This document shows, piece after piece, positions 14,641 to 27,299 of a DNA stretch of 64,000 nt (position 1 is its first letter; the number at the start of each line of letters is the position of its first letter). Source of the DNA: Perkinsus chesapeaki ATCC PRA-425 (Eukaryota; Protista; Perkinsozoa); the NCBI GenBank assembly GCA_013115145.1, contig JAAPAO010000011.1:79705-143704 (forward strand), written 5' to 3'. The notes beneath the pieces were generated by a model. It searched no databases. It was not told where the DNA came from and saw only the letters and a program-made list of their open reading frames with translations. Made by a program: the position numbers and the translations under genes.

Positions 14641-17600
14641 ATGCTACATCAACTCATACGGTATGCACTAGAAGAAATTGCCTACTCAGGGCCACCGGGC
14701 TCGAAGTAGTGTACAGCGGAAAGATGGTTCTGATGGAGTGGGCGGCTTAGGTTCAGCGATATCGTTAACAATTTGAATAACAGAAGGGCAGAGGGAGCAG
14801 ATTGTCCACAGCTTCTGGAGGCACTCAAACATAACCTCATTCATCCTGAGGAACTGCAGCTTCCATGTAAGCGCAGTCTCCACTAGCCCCGGCGAAATGC
14901 TGCTGATCAGGCTTCATAGCTGAAGGAACGGGCGAGGAGGAGGACCCAGTGATAGACGTTCTAGAGGAGTAAGCCATTCGCCGTCCTGCGCCGCTGGTCT
15001 TCACTGACTTCAGTTATCGTAACAATCTCCTGGGTATAGCTCTCCATCCGGACATCTGCGAGCATGTGGTCCATAAGAGTATTATCTATCTGGTATCGAA
15101 CGCAAGATACCAAGGCCTTTGGGGCTACCAGCTCTGCCCTCTGCTTAATATCGACCATAAACAACTGCATCATCTCACCTCTAAATTGGTAGGTTGCCTA
15201 GAAGCGGGGAAAGAGTGGAAGTGGAGGTCAGATACAGGAGAAAATCATCGTAAGATTCAACCTTATGATTCCCAAGGTCATAAGGCGGCAGCACAAGGGA
15301 TCGGTGTCCCCGATCAGCTGCGTACTTTTCCTAAGTAATACCACCGCCGAGATGCGGCTCGGATGAGGTGCTTTGGTCAGACCAATTTTATGATCTTCAA
15401 CGGATGGATCCTCTATTGGCATCATCTATCCTATCCGAGCACATTGAGCCCATCAGCGACCGTGTAGTTCAACTACTTAGAGACTCTCCGCATCAACTGC
15501 TATTGGAAGTAGACGTCCGTAATGTGGTCCATAGCATGTAGGTGGCGTTGCTTGCCGCCCAAGGTGGCAGAGGGCAGTCGTCAGGTTCAAAGGGAATCTT
15601 AAACGAGGGCAGACGCAGTTCCGACGATGTCGAGATAAGCTGGAACGGGAAAAGAAGATCGAGGTTGTTAAAGTGTGGAGCGCGGAACTGAAAGTGTAGG
15701 CATTCACCATAGCTGGAGTGCTGCCTTTGACGGAAATGTCAGGTTCCGGAAGGCTATGTGCATATATGGAACTCACGTTGATACCAACGATATCTCCCTC
15801 ACACCGCAGTTTGCCGACTTGGATGCACAAGAGGAAGAGGATGCCATCTCGTCCACCCCGCGAAGAGGTAACGCCCAGATTCGAATCGCTCGGGGAGCTC
15901 CACCTTCAGAGAGTGTGCCTACATCCCTGCGAGGGCTCGACTCACCAAAGACTCCCGAAGGAGATGACGACTACGCGAGCAGTGAAGGCATGAAGTCGCC
16001 AAGGAAGAAGAACAACTGGGTAGGTTTGCAGGCTTGCTGTCCTTCACTCTGGCTCCAGGTTGGTGTCGGCACATTCTTTCGTGGGCACGTTTCCCCAGAT
16101 ATCATCGCAGATCTCATCCGTGCTTCGGGGCCGAAGGGCTTCACTAACGCTGAGATGTAAGTGATAAGGTCTCTGGAGTCTACCCGCGATATGTAAAACG
16201 GCGGCGAGATAGTTCACATTTCATATTGCGAATTTTCCGTATCTCCAAAGCGCCTTTCGCGGGTGGTCCGATGGAAGATGTGTGTCAGATCCAAGAGGCT
16301 GCCTGTTGACAAGAAATTCACAGAGAGAGCTCTTGATTGGACTCTTAAGGAGTATCCAGAGATCCGCAAGGAGAAGGATAGCAGAGGGAAGGTTTCCTTT
16401 TGGGTGTAAGGCGTAATTCCACTGTCCTCGTCTGCAAGGTCCTCTTCTACAGGTACCGCTTCGCCCAACCAGAGGACGAGAAGCCCCGTGCTATGCTGGA
16501 GGACCAGCTAGCGCCGATTCTTGGAGATGATGACGAGATTCCCCAGGTTCTTAATCTCGAAGGTAAACGCTGATCTGCTGCTTTGATTTCCGATGTTCTG
16601 GCAGGCCTTTCCGCGCTTGGCAGGGAACGCGCGGCCCGTACATTACGATTAGTGAAAGAACACGGTGTCTTGTCGGTAGTGGATCTTGGGAGAGCAATCG
16701 ATGCCGAGGAGGTAAGGCTATAGGGGACCTGCTCATCGCTGTATTACTTCGTAGGGACGTGGTATGAAAATCGATAGGAAGACTCTCACTAAGATCGCCG
16801 ATAAGGTGGCAGAATACGAGCCGAGGATAAAGAAAACTTCAACCATGTACCACCTAGACGGTGGCCACGGTTTCAGTGGGCGCGAGTCAGGTATCGCTCC
16901 CAGGAGGTCTCAGTGGTATACTGGGGCGAGGCGTGCAGTGAAGAGGAGGCGCAACAGAGGGTGACGGCAGCATTACAGTTAAAGCATACTGAGTTGACCA
17001 GCAGCAATGCAGTGAAAAAGAGGAAGAGGGACTCCTTAGCTTCGGAGCTAATTGTGAGGAGCCTCGGCTCGCTGACTTTGGAGCCTTATTCTTGCAGTCG
17101 GAGAATGGTGACAGTGCAGCTGCAGCTGCTGCAGCGCTGGCGATGCTTGGAGGTGAAACCAGCAGCCCAGAGTTTTCACAGGAGAGTAAGGCGATAAGCC
17201 GGAGAAAGGCTGTTATTGGCGGTTTCGTAGATGCACTGGTGCCCCAATCGTTGTTCCCCATAGCGACCAGTAGTGTGGATGTGGCTCATACTGGCCCTCG
17301 AAGGAGAACCGTTAATGACCTCAATGCTGCTGCAGTGTAGTTCAGAGAAGATAGTGCCGTTCAGAAGGCCCCCTGTACAGGTATCGACCGCCCACTATAG
17401 GCAAGACAGCAAGTCGCTGCGGAGGTACCTTCAGCCAGAACGTTTGCGTTCATTATGGCTATGTAGGCGCTATTATGCTCCGGTGCAAGTAAGCGATAGT
17501 GCCACTTCTACTCGCCTCTACCTCACATTCACGTGAATCTTTCCGATTAGTATTCTTCCGCTGCAGATACCTCCATCAATTCCTGTTGAGAAATCTCACG

Positions 17601-20600
17601 AGCAAATGGTTCAACGCAGAAGAGCTAACAATGTCACTCGACGTCCAGCTGTTCTTGCAGGTGTGTCCTCATTAAAGCCTAGAGGGATATCTATGTCGGC
17701 TCAGATAGTCGGTTGTGGCATACCCCACCCGTACCTTGACGAGTACCTGGTGTCGGGCTCCCGGTCCAACCTCAAGGTCGGCGACTTGCCTCAGGATGTG
17801 AAGGACCATCTCACAAATCCGTTTACATTAAGCGATGCTCGCAACAGACGAGCTAAGAGCTTCGCTCAGATCAAGTAAGAGCAGCCAGAGAAATTGGGGT
17901 CTTCCATGACTGGTTCCTGTGCAGACAGCTCTTGTCCCTCCTCGCTCGCCTGAGCCTAGTGAAGCTCGGGAAAGCATCTGAGGTTGACCCAGACCACCAC
18001 CCGGGAGAGGACGGCATTGTGTAGGCAATAAATGGTCTATAGGGGCGAATCGACTGTGCAGATACACCGCCTGCGATAAGGTCATTCTCAAACCCTTCCT
18101 GCCGGCAGCAGATGCGCCGGAATCGCTGCTACAGGAGATCAGCGACTCAGAGCAGGTAAGACTGTAGACCTGCGGACGGGCGGAATTCGGCGACAGGATC
18201 CTGATGGTGAGGAGTATGTCTTCTTCGATCCAAACGAGACGCCCCCATCCTCACCGGGATCTGAAAACAGGGACACGATGGACGCCTGTAATGATGACGC
18301 ATTCCTGTGATACCAGGGGAGCGCGTTTATGATTGTAGGCGAGGATTATTGGAGCACACTGCAGCGTAACTCCCTACGTTGGCGTAGGAAGGTTATGAAT
18401 GCTGTGGAGAAGGTGAATGAGCAGCAGGGCATTGAGAAGAAGCCGAGAGCCAAACACTCATCCGAGGTATTCTCGAAGGGACGAGGCCAGCTGGTAAGCG
18501 CCGCAGTGTGGTGGTGAACTCAAGTGTGCCTTTTAGCCGCTCGATTGCGATGTCTCCGAGCTCTTTTTCCGCAAGAATTGGACTGGTACCTTGTACGTAT
18601 CGGCCACTCAAAGGAATGCCCTGGAGCAGCTGCTGAAGCAGCTATCCGAGGAACCCATCGACGAGTCGTATCTGGTCAATGGAGTGCGTGTGGTGGACGC
18701 CTCGAACCCGCTCGTCAAGGCAACTTGCCTCGAGCACAATATAGACCTCCACGTTGCTCTTAAGTACCTTCGACGCAGAGTCCTTCTTAGTGGAGAAAAA
18801 GGAGACACGTTCAAGCAGACTGTGGACTTCGTACCGGTACATGCTGTCCGCTACAAGTGCCACATATGTCATTTCCTTACCAGCCACAGGGTGGCTATCC
18901 TCAGCCACTACCGTGCCAGGCATGGTTATCAGGAGCTCCCTGATGATCCGACGCTTTACACGGCAAAGCACTTCATCCAAACGGTTCTGAATAGTGCTGG
19001 TGCGAGCTCCCGCCACAACTACAAGGAGCTCATCAACTCCCAAGCACTTCCAGATCAACCTCGCCCACATAAGCGCAGGAGACGGAACAGGTCTCAAGCT
19101 ATGCAACAGCTGGATGAGCTCCCTGCTGATGAATCTTCAGCGGAGCCGAGCGGAGGAGGAGCCCCCGAGCCTCGAATGTCATCCTTCGAGGTTGCCCTTT
19201 TCAAGTTCTACTTGGCCACGGCCAAGCGCCTTGTGGACTATCGCGAACCTGCCATTGTGACCAGCGAGGTTCCAGAGCCACATCATAGGATCTGGAGCAT
19301 CATTGCAGCTATCGTTGGTAAAACTCCACAGGAGTCCTACCATCTGGCACTCCGGTCAGCCCGCGGGAGGACTACTAATAAATCTGGTATGAGCCATGGC
19401 GTGTACAACTACCTTCCATTGGGATACGAGAGCTCTACTGCTCCAATCAATGTGGTCCCGTCTTACCTCAACTCCACCAACGACCTCCTCAGCGACTCTG
19501 TTCTGTCGGCTCTAACTCGAATGATTCTCCTTACACCGAACACCTCCTACAGCAGCCATGCCACGAGGCACTCCCTCTTCCGTATGGGATACAAAGAGGA
19601 GGACATCCGAGTTAGCTTCCAGCTCTGGCACGCTCGAGGCATGGTGGGAAGAGCTCGACGGGCTGACTTTGCTGGAAGGAAGTTCATGCTATCAAATGTG
19701 GCTCGCATGGCCGTATACGGCAAAGCAGCGGACGTAGGAGAATCGCCTAAAGTAGCCCGGTGCTTAACGTGTTCATTCAGATCTCCCTTCTGAGAGACGG
19801 ACTGGCCTGTTTGGAGGGAGATGCCGACTCTGCTGGAGTTGTACACGCCGAGCCCAGCGGCAGTTGGATGCAGGTATCGAATTTTTAACAATTGCGACAA
19901 GATATCATTTTTGGTTGTAGGTGCTTGCAAACTGTGTCGCCCAAGGCCGAGTCACTCTGGACTGCATTTGGTTCCATGAAGGGAACAAGCCTTTTCCTGG
20001 CAGCCAAGGCGATGCGCCGATACCGAACGTAGAGGAAGAAGAGCATCAAAGTGACGCTGAAGATGATGAACTAATGGAAGATAATGAAGACAATGACGAG
20101 GGAGGTAGCGCCGTCACGGGTGGGTTTAGTGGCATTCGTATATTAGCAGGTGGCCAGCAGATCTTCGTTGGTATCAGAAAGCATTTGGAGCTCACGCAGA
20201 GACCTGGTGGACCAGATGCCAACATCTCAAAACCGCCTCAAGTCATGGAGGCTGTCTCATGGGAAATCAACGAGGATGAAGAGGACCGCGCGTCTGATGA
20301 AGGTAGCGGCAGTACGGGTTGCTGCTCCCCGTCTGAAGGCGTGCTCGTTAGGCGATCATGGAACCTCGGCTTCGGAGTTCCAACGTGTTATCATGGAAGT
20401 GGCTCAGCATGCTTCGGAATTCAATCCTGCCGGTTACGGTGTCGTAGCTAAGGGTGATGTTGTCATGAGCACTCCGGAGATGGCAGAGGAGCAGGTCACT
20501 CAGGAAAACTACAAGGTGAGGAGATGATGGTATCTCTGGAATGAGGGAGATGTTTCGGCAGGAGAAGGAATACGAGAGAGCCTCCGAGTGGTCACCAGCC

Positions 20601-21521
20601 TGGACGAAATTCATGAAGGAGGAGTATCCAACACTGGACGCGAAAAAGACTCTCGATGCTGCAAGCTGGCTGCTTCACAGGGTCGACGCTGATGTCAAAA
20701 GGACCGCCCCTCTATTGATCGAGCATTCGGAGGTAGCAGACAAGCGATTACGTTGTTTGTGCAGCGTATCACAGGTTGATCTTAAGGAGAAGTACGGCAA
20801 GGCAATGAAGCAAAAAAGGCGTCGTTGGCCTGATTTCGACAAGGTGGTTGAAATACTAGAGAAGCTCCGTCTCACTACCAGAATCGCATCAAACACCACT
20901 GACAATACTGGATGGATGATCTTGTCGGCGGAGCATGCTATGAAGTCTTCCTTCGGTCGTTATGGTCGCAAGGAAGAATATCATCCCAGTGCACCTGCCG
21001 AGGTATCTTTGCTGGCAGATATGATCAGCAAAGCTTCTCCTCTATTCAAGCGACTTTGGATGCCCGATGAAGCCTCGACTCGGACTGTTCAAGCAGCGTG
21101 CAATGTTCTCCAGGCGGCCAAGTTGGAAATCACTAAAAGTGCCAAGACCGGATTCCCAACGAGATTCCTTCCCGACGATTTTGTCCCGCTGTCGTCCTGG
21201 GTATGTGCTGGAAGCTCCACAGGACCCGGCTCTGTTAACTTTGGTGCTATTGCACAACTACTTCAGACAACCATGCTAAATCTAGAACAATCACCTGGCC
21301 TGAATTGTGTCATGATACAGGATCGCCTATCTGTGATCCCGTTATGTGAAATGCAAGTTATCCTAGAGATGCTGACCAACGGAGGCGCGGTGTATACAGC
21401 GTGCGAAGATCTGGCCCCTCCAATCGGAGCGTGTAACGAGGGGCGCTTGTTCAGCGGAGAGGATGAGGAATCTAACATTGATGACCCCGTCTATTATCTC
21501 AATTTGCCAACGTATTCTTAA
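14641..21521 (+). CDS. GTF3C1: TFIIIC large (B-box-binding) subunit, GTF3C1/Tfc3-like, multi-exon
   Basis: The N-terminus MLHQLIRYALEEIAYSGPPG resembles ALEEIALEG. A B-block-like segment reads IIYLVSNARYQGLWGYQLCPLLNIDHKQLHHLTSKL. A winged helix reads LRLVKEHGVLSVVDLGRAI..KIDRKTLTKI. Also present are QIVGCG..LKVGDLP, ILLTPNTSY..FAGRKFMLS and a C-terminal PLCEMQVILEML..VYY. The match is from remembered family patterns. Confidence 0.78.
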
Positions 21522-21770
21522 ACTTATCAAGCCTTACTTGCTTTGTTGTGTGCAATGTGGATTCTTGCGGAGTGCAGATGTCTTTGGGAATGTGATACTG
21601 ACAATTATGCCGCCGTAGTGTAATCATCAATCGTGTTGCTATAATACAAGAGCAATACGTCGCACACGCAGCAACAAAGTCCAAGTTAGTGGTATCGAAG
21701 TACCCAGAAGGTACTACCTACCATGACATAGTACACAAGACATAACGAACCGAAACACTACCAAAATAAG

Positions 21771-23630
21771 AAGTCACTATGAATTCAGCCAAGGAGCATG
21801 GCTTGTTCGATAGTGGTGCCCGATGTTACTCAATGAGCAATATCCATCCTCTATAGCTTATAAGGTGGGGGCTCCAACAGGAACACAAAAGCAAACAGAG
21901 TATTAACCAGATTATTATAATCACCACGGTTATTGTCACTGGCAACCATGCAGTAGTGGCCTCCCGTGCACAGACGGTGAGCAAGTCTCGACCAACTATC
22001 GAACTTAATACTACGGTTCATCTTTATGCAGCGATTATTCGAATCCTGCGAGCCGACTCAGTGAGATGGGAGTGACCGAATCTTCTCTACTCATTGTCTC
22101 TACTTATTATACGATGTCGTATTTTCTACCTATCTCGATGTAGAGCTCAAACCAGTGTCCAGAAAACACAAGGCATGCCAACATTGCGGAAGGAGAACTA
22201 ACTCGATCAAGTATGTTGGGTGGGGTCGGAGGGCAAAGTCCTATAATAAGTCATAACAGAGATACTCCGCAATCGCTTATCACCCAACTCTCAATGGGAA
22301 TATCTTCCTCTGAGGTATGGTGCACTCAGCGCATTGGTGCAAAGAAGTGAGCAGGAAATATTACATTGTGTAGCAAGACCAGCGGAGAGTACAACCGCAC
22401 AATCTAGAAAGATAGTTAGTAGAGAACAGTTAATGCAGTAGAAATAACTATTACGCAGACTTGGAAGCATGTTAGACTTCGGTTTACAGCGGTTCGTAAC
22501 ACCGTAGTCACCCTCCCGGCTTCGTCAGTTTGTCATTAGCCCACTTGTTGGTCACCGACTTAAGTGGCAGTTGCAATGCGGGGTCAAATTCAAACTCCTC
22601 AGTAGCTGTTATTGTCCCATAAGGTGGCGTCGTATACCGGGCAAGATGTTTAGAACACCCTCTCTCAAATCTCTCACCGAGGTTTGGTGCAATGCCGTCC
22701 CGCCTCTGCAAACGGTGAGTAACCGATGTCTTTAATCCGTAATTTCTACTGTGATAGCCAAGGATAGAAAACCTGACACCGAGTGTTACATCAAGAGCGA
22801 TACTCTGGTTTCTGTTGCTGGCATCGACTAGGCACATATACGCAGCCTCGTTCACACTAGACCACGGTACACGGTCATGAAATCGCACTATCCCGTTATT
22901 GTTTATCGGCGTGCTGTGTGGATAAACCAGAATACCCAGACGCCCGACACGTATTTCAGCCATAAAAATGTCATTCACCAGCCACCAAGGGTTGTTTGCA
23001 ACTGATAATAACATGGAGATGTCGGCAGACTTGCCTGGCATTGGAGGGATGTTCCGGAAATCAAGTAGCGGGTCACCCACCCGTAGAGGGGGAGGACCGA
23101 GGTCGAAGTCAAGAACTTTGACTTCCCATCTTGCAATACATGCTTCTATTACGTACGGCATTGATGCTATCAGAAAGATACTGAGTAAAGTGCATATTCC
23201 AATAAATACCATGATAAGGGACATCCACAGGCGGAAGAAATCAGGTTTCTCACAGTATTTCGCTTCAGGTTCTCGGTCGGGAAACGAACTGACCGATATT
23301 TCATCACACCAACGATCTCTCATGGTAGACCGTGCGACAAGAGGATTTGTAAAGCTCGAGGTGCAGCGTTCCGCTTGGATGGGCATGTATAAGACTCTTG
23401 TGAAGCCTAAATACTAAGCAAACAAACCGCACATCTTGCAGACAATCCCTACTAGGTCGGATGGTCTGTTCAGGTCACGTCACCCTCCGTGACCGCAGTC
23501 TTGGTCTATCTCGTTGCCAACCTACCGCGCTACTAGTTTCGTCGGCATGGGTTGTGTGAGGCTGAGAATAGAGGTTTGAGGGAAGCTCCAGCGTAACCTC
23601 ACTGACCCTCGACCGACGGAAAGTGCGGAC
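21771..23630. repeat. Tandem segmental duplication, copy 1 (period about 2.1 kb)
   Basis: Direct alignment by eye to 23877-25746: 22141 matches 24242, and 23400-23630 matches 25515-25746. Confidence 0.92.
22508..23386 (-). CDS. Intronless single-pass membrane protein (292 aa), possibly with an LEA_2/WHy-like ectodomain; paralog 1
   Basis: Open 292-codon frame with one hydrophobic helix (LWMSLIMVFIGICTLLSIFLIASMPYVI) followed by a beta-rich domain. The frame is preserved through in-frame indels in the paralog. The fold call is a guess. Confidence 0.72.
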   Translation of the reverse strand: MPIQAERCTSSFTNPLVARSTMRDRWCDEISVSSFPDREPEAKYCEKPDFFRLWMSLIMVFIGICTLLSIFLIASMPYVIEACIARWEVKVLDFDLGPPPLRVGDPLLDFRNIPPMPGKSADISMLLSVANNPWWLVNDIFMAEIRVGRLGILVYPHSTPINNNGIVRFHDRVPWSSVNEAAYMCLVDASNRNQSIALDVTLGVRFSILGYHSRNYGLKTSVTHRLQRRDGIAPNLGERFERGCSKHLARYTTPPYGTITATEEFEFDPALQLPLKSVTNKWANDKLTKPGG

Positions 23631-23876
23631 TATGACAATCTTGCCCCTGCCCGCACTATTATCCCAATTCGTCAGGATATATGGTGACTGGTTCTTTCTA
23701 TGTGCGTTTGCACGCGTACTGAATCCTGCGGTCTACAGGCTTCAACCCCCCATTCCCGAAAATATATTATTCAGGTCCTTCCGGCCTGGTGAGTCCGCAG
23801 CTCCGCAAAACATGCACATGCCAAAAAGCTATCAGAAACTCTGATAGTTTTTCATTCCGATTCAGAATAAGAGTAC

Positions 23877-25746
23877 AAGTCGCTATGAATTCAGCGAAGG
23901 AGCATGGCTTGTTCGGCAGTGGAGCCCGATGTTACCCAATGAGCAACATCCATCCTCTATAGCTTACGAGGTTGAGGCTCCAGCAGGGTGACGAAAAGGA
24001 TTACTTAGGGTTGGTACTTTGAGGTAGCTGTTCAACTTGTCCACGAAACACATTCTTAAAATCACCACGGTGATTGCGACTGACAACCTAGCAGAAGTGG
24101 CAGGTCGTGCGCAGATGGTGAGCAAGTCTTGTTGGTACTATCATCCACATTGACGCGAATGCCACAACTCGGCTTAGTGAGATTAACTGATCAAGTCTTG
24201 GTGTCGTATTCTCTACTTATCTCGCTCATCGAGACTTGGTGTAGAGCTCAAACCAGTGTCCAGTAACAACACAAGGCATGCCAACATTGCGGAAGGAGAA
24301 CTAACTCGATCAAGTATGTTGGGTGGGGTCGGAGGCCAAAGTCCTATAATAAGTCATAACAGAGATACTCCGCAATCGCTTATCACCCAACTCTCAATGG
24401 GAATATCTTCCTCTGAGGTATGGTGCACTCAGCGCATTGGTGCAAAGAAGTGAGCAGGAAATATTACATTGTGTAGCAAGACCAGCGGAGAGTACAACCG
24501 CACAATCTAGAAAGATAGTTAGTAGAGAACAGTTAATGCAGTAGAAATAACTATTACGCAGACTTGGAAGCATGTTAGACTTCGGTTTATAGCGGTTCGT
24601 AACACCGTAGTCACCCTCCCGGCTTCGTCAGTTTTTCACTCTTGCACCTGTTCGTCACCCAGCAAAGAAGCACTGGCAGTGGTGATTCGGGGTGAAATTC
24701 AAACTCCTCAATAGCTCTTATTCCCCCATAAGGTGGCGTTGAATACCGCGCCAGACTTTTTGAACACCCTCTCCCAAAGCCCTCACCGAGGTTTGGTGCA
24801 ATCCCGTCCCGTCCCTGCAAACGGTGAGTAACCGATGTCTGTAATCTGTAATCTCTACTGTGATAGCCGAGGATAGAAAACCTGACACCGAGGTTCAAAT
24901 CCAGAACGATGATCTGGTTTCTGTTGCTGGCATCGACTAGGCACACATACGCAGCCTCGTTCACACTAGACCACGGGACACGCTGATGAAATCGCACTGT
25001 CTCGTTATTGTACAGCGGTGTGCTGCTGTGTGGATATAGAACAAGACTACCCAGGGGCCCAACATATATTTCAGTCACAAAAAAATCATTCACCAGCCAC
25101 CAAGGGTTGTTTCCAATTGACAATAATAAAGAGATGTCGGCAGACTTGCCTGATATCGAAGGGATGTTCCGGAAATCAAGTGGCGGGTCACCCACCCAGA
25201 GAGGGGGAGGACCGAGGTCAAAGTCAAGAACTTTGACTTCCCATCTTGCAATACATGCTTCTATTACGTACGGCATTGATGCTAGCAGAAAGATACTGAG
25301 TAGAGTGCATATTCCAATAAATACCATGATAAGGGACATCCACAGGCGGAAGAAATCAGGTTTCTCACAGTATTTCGCTTCAGGTTCTCGGTCGGGAAAC
25401 GAACTGACCGATATTTCATCACACCAACGATCTCTCATGGTAGACCGTGCGACAAGAGGATTTGTAAAACTCGAGGTGCAGCGTTCCGCTTGGATGGGCA
25501 TGTATAAGACTCTTGTGAAGCCTAAATACTAAGCAGACAAACCGCACATCTTGCAGACAATCCCTACTAGGTCGGATGGTCTGTTCAGGTCACGTCACCC
25601 TCCGTGACCGCAGTCTTGGTCTATCTCGTTGCCAATCTACCGCCCAACTAGTCTCGTCGGCATGGGTTGTGTGAGTCTGAGAATAGAGGTTTTAGGGAAG
25701 CTCCAGCGTAACCTCACTGACCCTCGACCGACGGAAAACGCGGACC
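23877..25746. repeat. Tandem segmental duplication, copy 2
   Basis: Aligns to 21771-23630 with an offset of about 2101-2116 bp. Confidence 0.92.
24611..25501 (-). CDS. Intronless single-pass membrane protein (296 aa); paralog 2
   Basis: The first 101 aa differ from paralog 1 at one residue. All indels are multiples of 3. Confidence 0.72.
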   Translation of the reverse strand: MPIQAERCTSSFTNPLVARSTMRDRWCDEISVSSFPDREPEAKYCEKPDFFRLWMSLIMVFIGICTLLSIFLLASMPYVIEACIARWEVKVLDFDLGPPPLWVGDPPLDFRNIPSISGKSADISLLLSIGNNPWWLVNDFFVTEIYVGPLGSLVLYPHSSTPLYNNETVRFHQRVPWSSVNEAAYVCLVDASNRNQIIVLDLNLGVRFSILGYHSRDYRLQTSVTHRLQGRDGIAPNLGEGFGRGCSKSLARYSTPPYGGIRAIEEFEFHPESPLPVLLCWVTNRCKSEKLTKPGG

Positions 25747-25910
25747 TCAGGAGTCTTGGGAAATCCCCCCCCCAGTTGACAGGAGGGATGCGTACAGGAG
25801 CACTCGCTCTGTCACGGCGCTAGGAGTATGCTTGCAGGCTGTTAATTGAATCATCTTGATCCGTACAACACGGAGCAGCAGTGATGAATACCCCACCTTT
25901 CCTAACACAA

Positions 25911-26354
25911 ATGGGGAGCCTCCTTGTCATCTTGGGCGTCAATCTGATGTTGTCAGCACCCGATGGCACCGGCCCGGCCGGCAAGGGCTACTGTTTTATC
26001 GGAAAAGTCATTGATTTGATTCAAGACTTCCCAAGGACTGGTGAATTCCGCTTATCGTTTGACAATGCTACTCACATGTCTGTCATGGTGAGCAGGCAAA
26101 GTCGTCGTAAGGGGCGCAAAGTTCTATTGTCGTCGGGAAACAATACCTTTTTCTACAACGGTACTTCTGGCATTATCAACGCTGAGGTTGAGGAGAAAGT
26201 ATCTAAATATCCGTGGTACTTCTCACAGAAGAATTTCCGCTCAATGACATAAAATGAGACGGCGGATGAGGTTAAGTTGAAAGTTAGAAAACTACTGACG
26301 TTAGTTGCACCATGGTTCCTACCGAAGAAAACCAGGACTTTTGTGAGATGCTAG
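25911..26354 (+). pseudogene. Small secreted protein gene with an in-frame TAA at 26250-26252
   Basis: Signal-like MGSLLVILGVNLMLSA followed by PAGKGYC. The frame continues past TAA as NETADEVKLKV...TFVRC* (TAG at 26352-26354). The layout matches the gene at 60835-61152. Confidence 0.55.
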
Positions 26355-27299
26355 TACTGTGCCTGAGAGCTGGCATTCAAGGAAGAACTTCTCAGAGATT
26401 ACTGTTACAGTAATACTGTATTTCCACCGTAGAGAAAAGATCTTTGGCTTCTCGGTCTTTCTAGGGCGACTTTTCTAGGCCGACCTGAATTGAGTTGTTG
26501 AGTAACTAACCGTGGTAAGATGGAAGTAGTATCTGTCCGGGAATGGGTTGCGGCCGCGTCCCAGTACGCGGCGTACCATCGCGAGCAAAGAGGAGTAGAC
26601 GGGAGAGCTCCCTTACGAACATGTAGTCTAGTGTATCCCCGGTATTCAACTCATCATCTTTGATCAGGGATTAGCAGTTTAAGATAAGGGGACTTAAGTG
26701 GCATTTGATCCCAAGTTCGAAGAGCCCAAGAACAAAAATATCATTCGTTTCCATGTCCCGAAATTCGTTTTTCTCCGAGAGTAGTTAACGCTGGAATTTT
26801 TGACCAGCTCGGTTGCAGGGTAAGCTAATTAGCCAGATATCCACTAGTCGCACCGTGTGCAAACACACGTATATCACTGCCGAGCATCCGTCCCACCGCC
26901 GAGACTGGAACGATTATCCCGCGATAACAGCCCGTAAGAACCCTTGCCCTGGGCCCGATTGCAAGTAGGGACCTCAAAACGGGAACACAGTGTTAGGACT
27001 GATGATGTCCAGGATAGAGAACTTGAACAAAACTGGTCATTAACCACTTCATCGGAGTTGCATTGTGTTACCGGATGAACCATAAGACTCGCGGCAAGTC
27101 ACTCACCAAAATGAAACTAATTGACTACATAACAGACCTGGAACTTCCAGGCTGGAAGTATGACAAGCGTCATAGCCATGATTCGTGGGGGTACCACAAC
27201 CATTCCGTTGTCTCCGGACTTAACAAGTTCCAGCCAATGAAACGATAAGGACGGGAGAGAGGCTCCTGGACGAGCAGTTCTGATCAAAGGATGTTTAGT

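Noticed and set aside
14686-15425. Apparent minus-strand multi-exon gene from several short ORFs
   Set aside because: It is the antisense shadow of the TFIIIC N-terminal exons on + (ALEEIAYSG and the B-block segment).
22968-25532. + strand ORFs 22968-23417 and 25008-25532
   Set aside because: These are antisense shadows of the duplicated membrane-protein genes and have no recognisable features.
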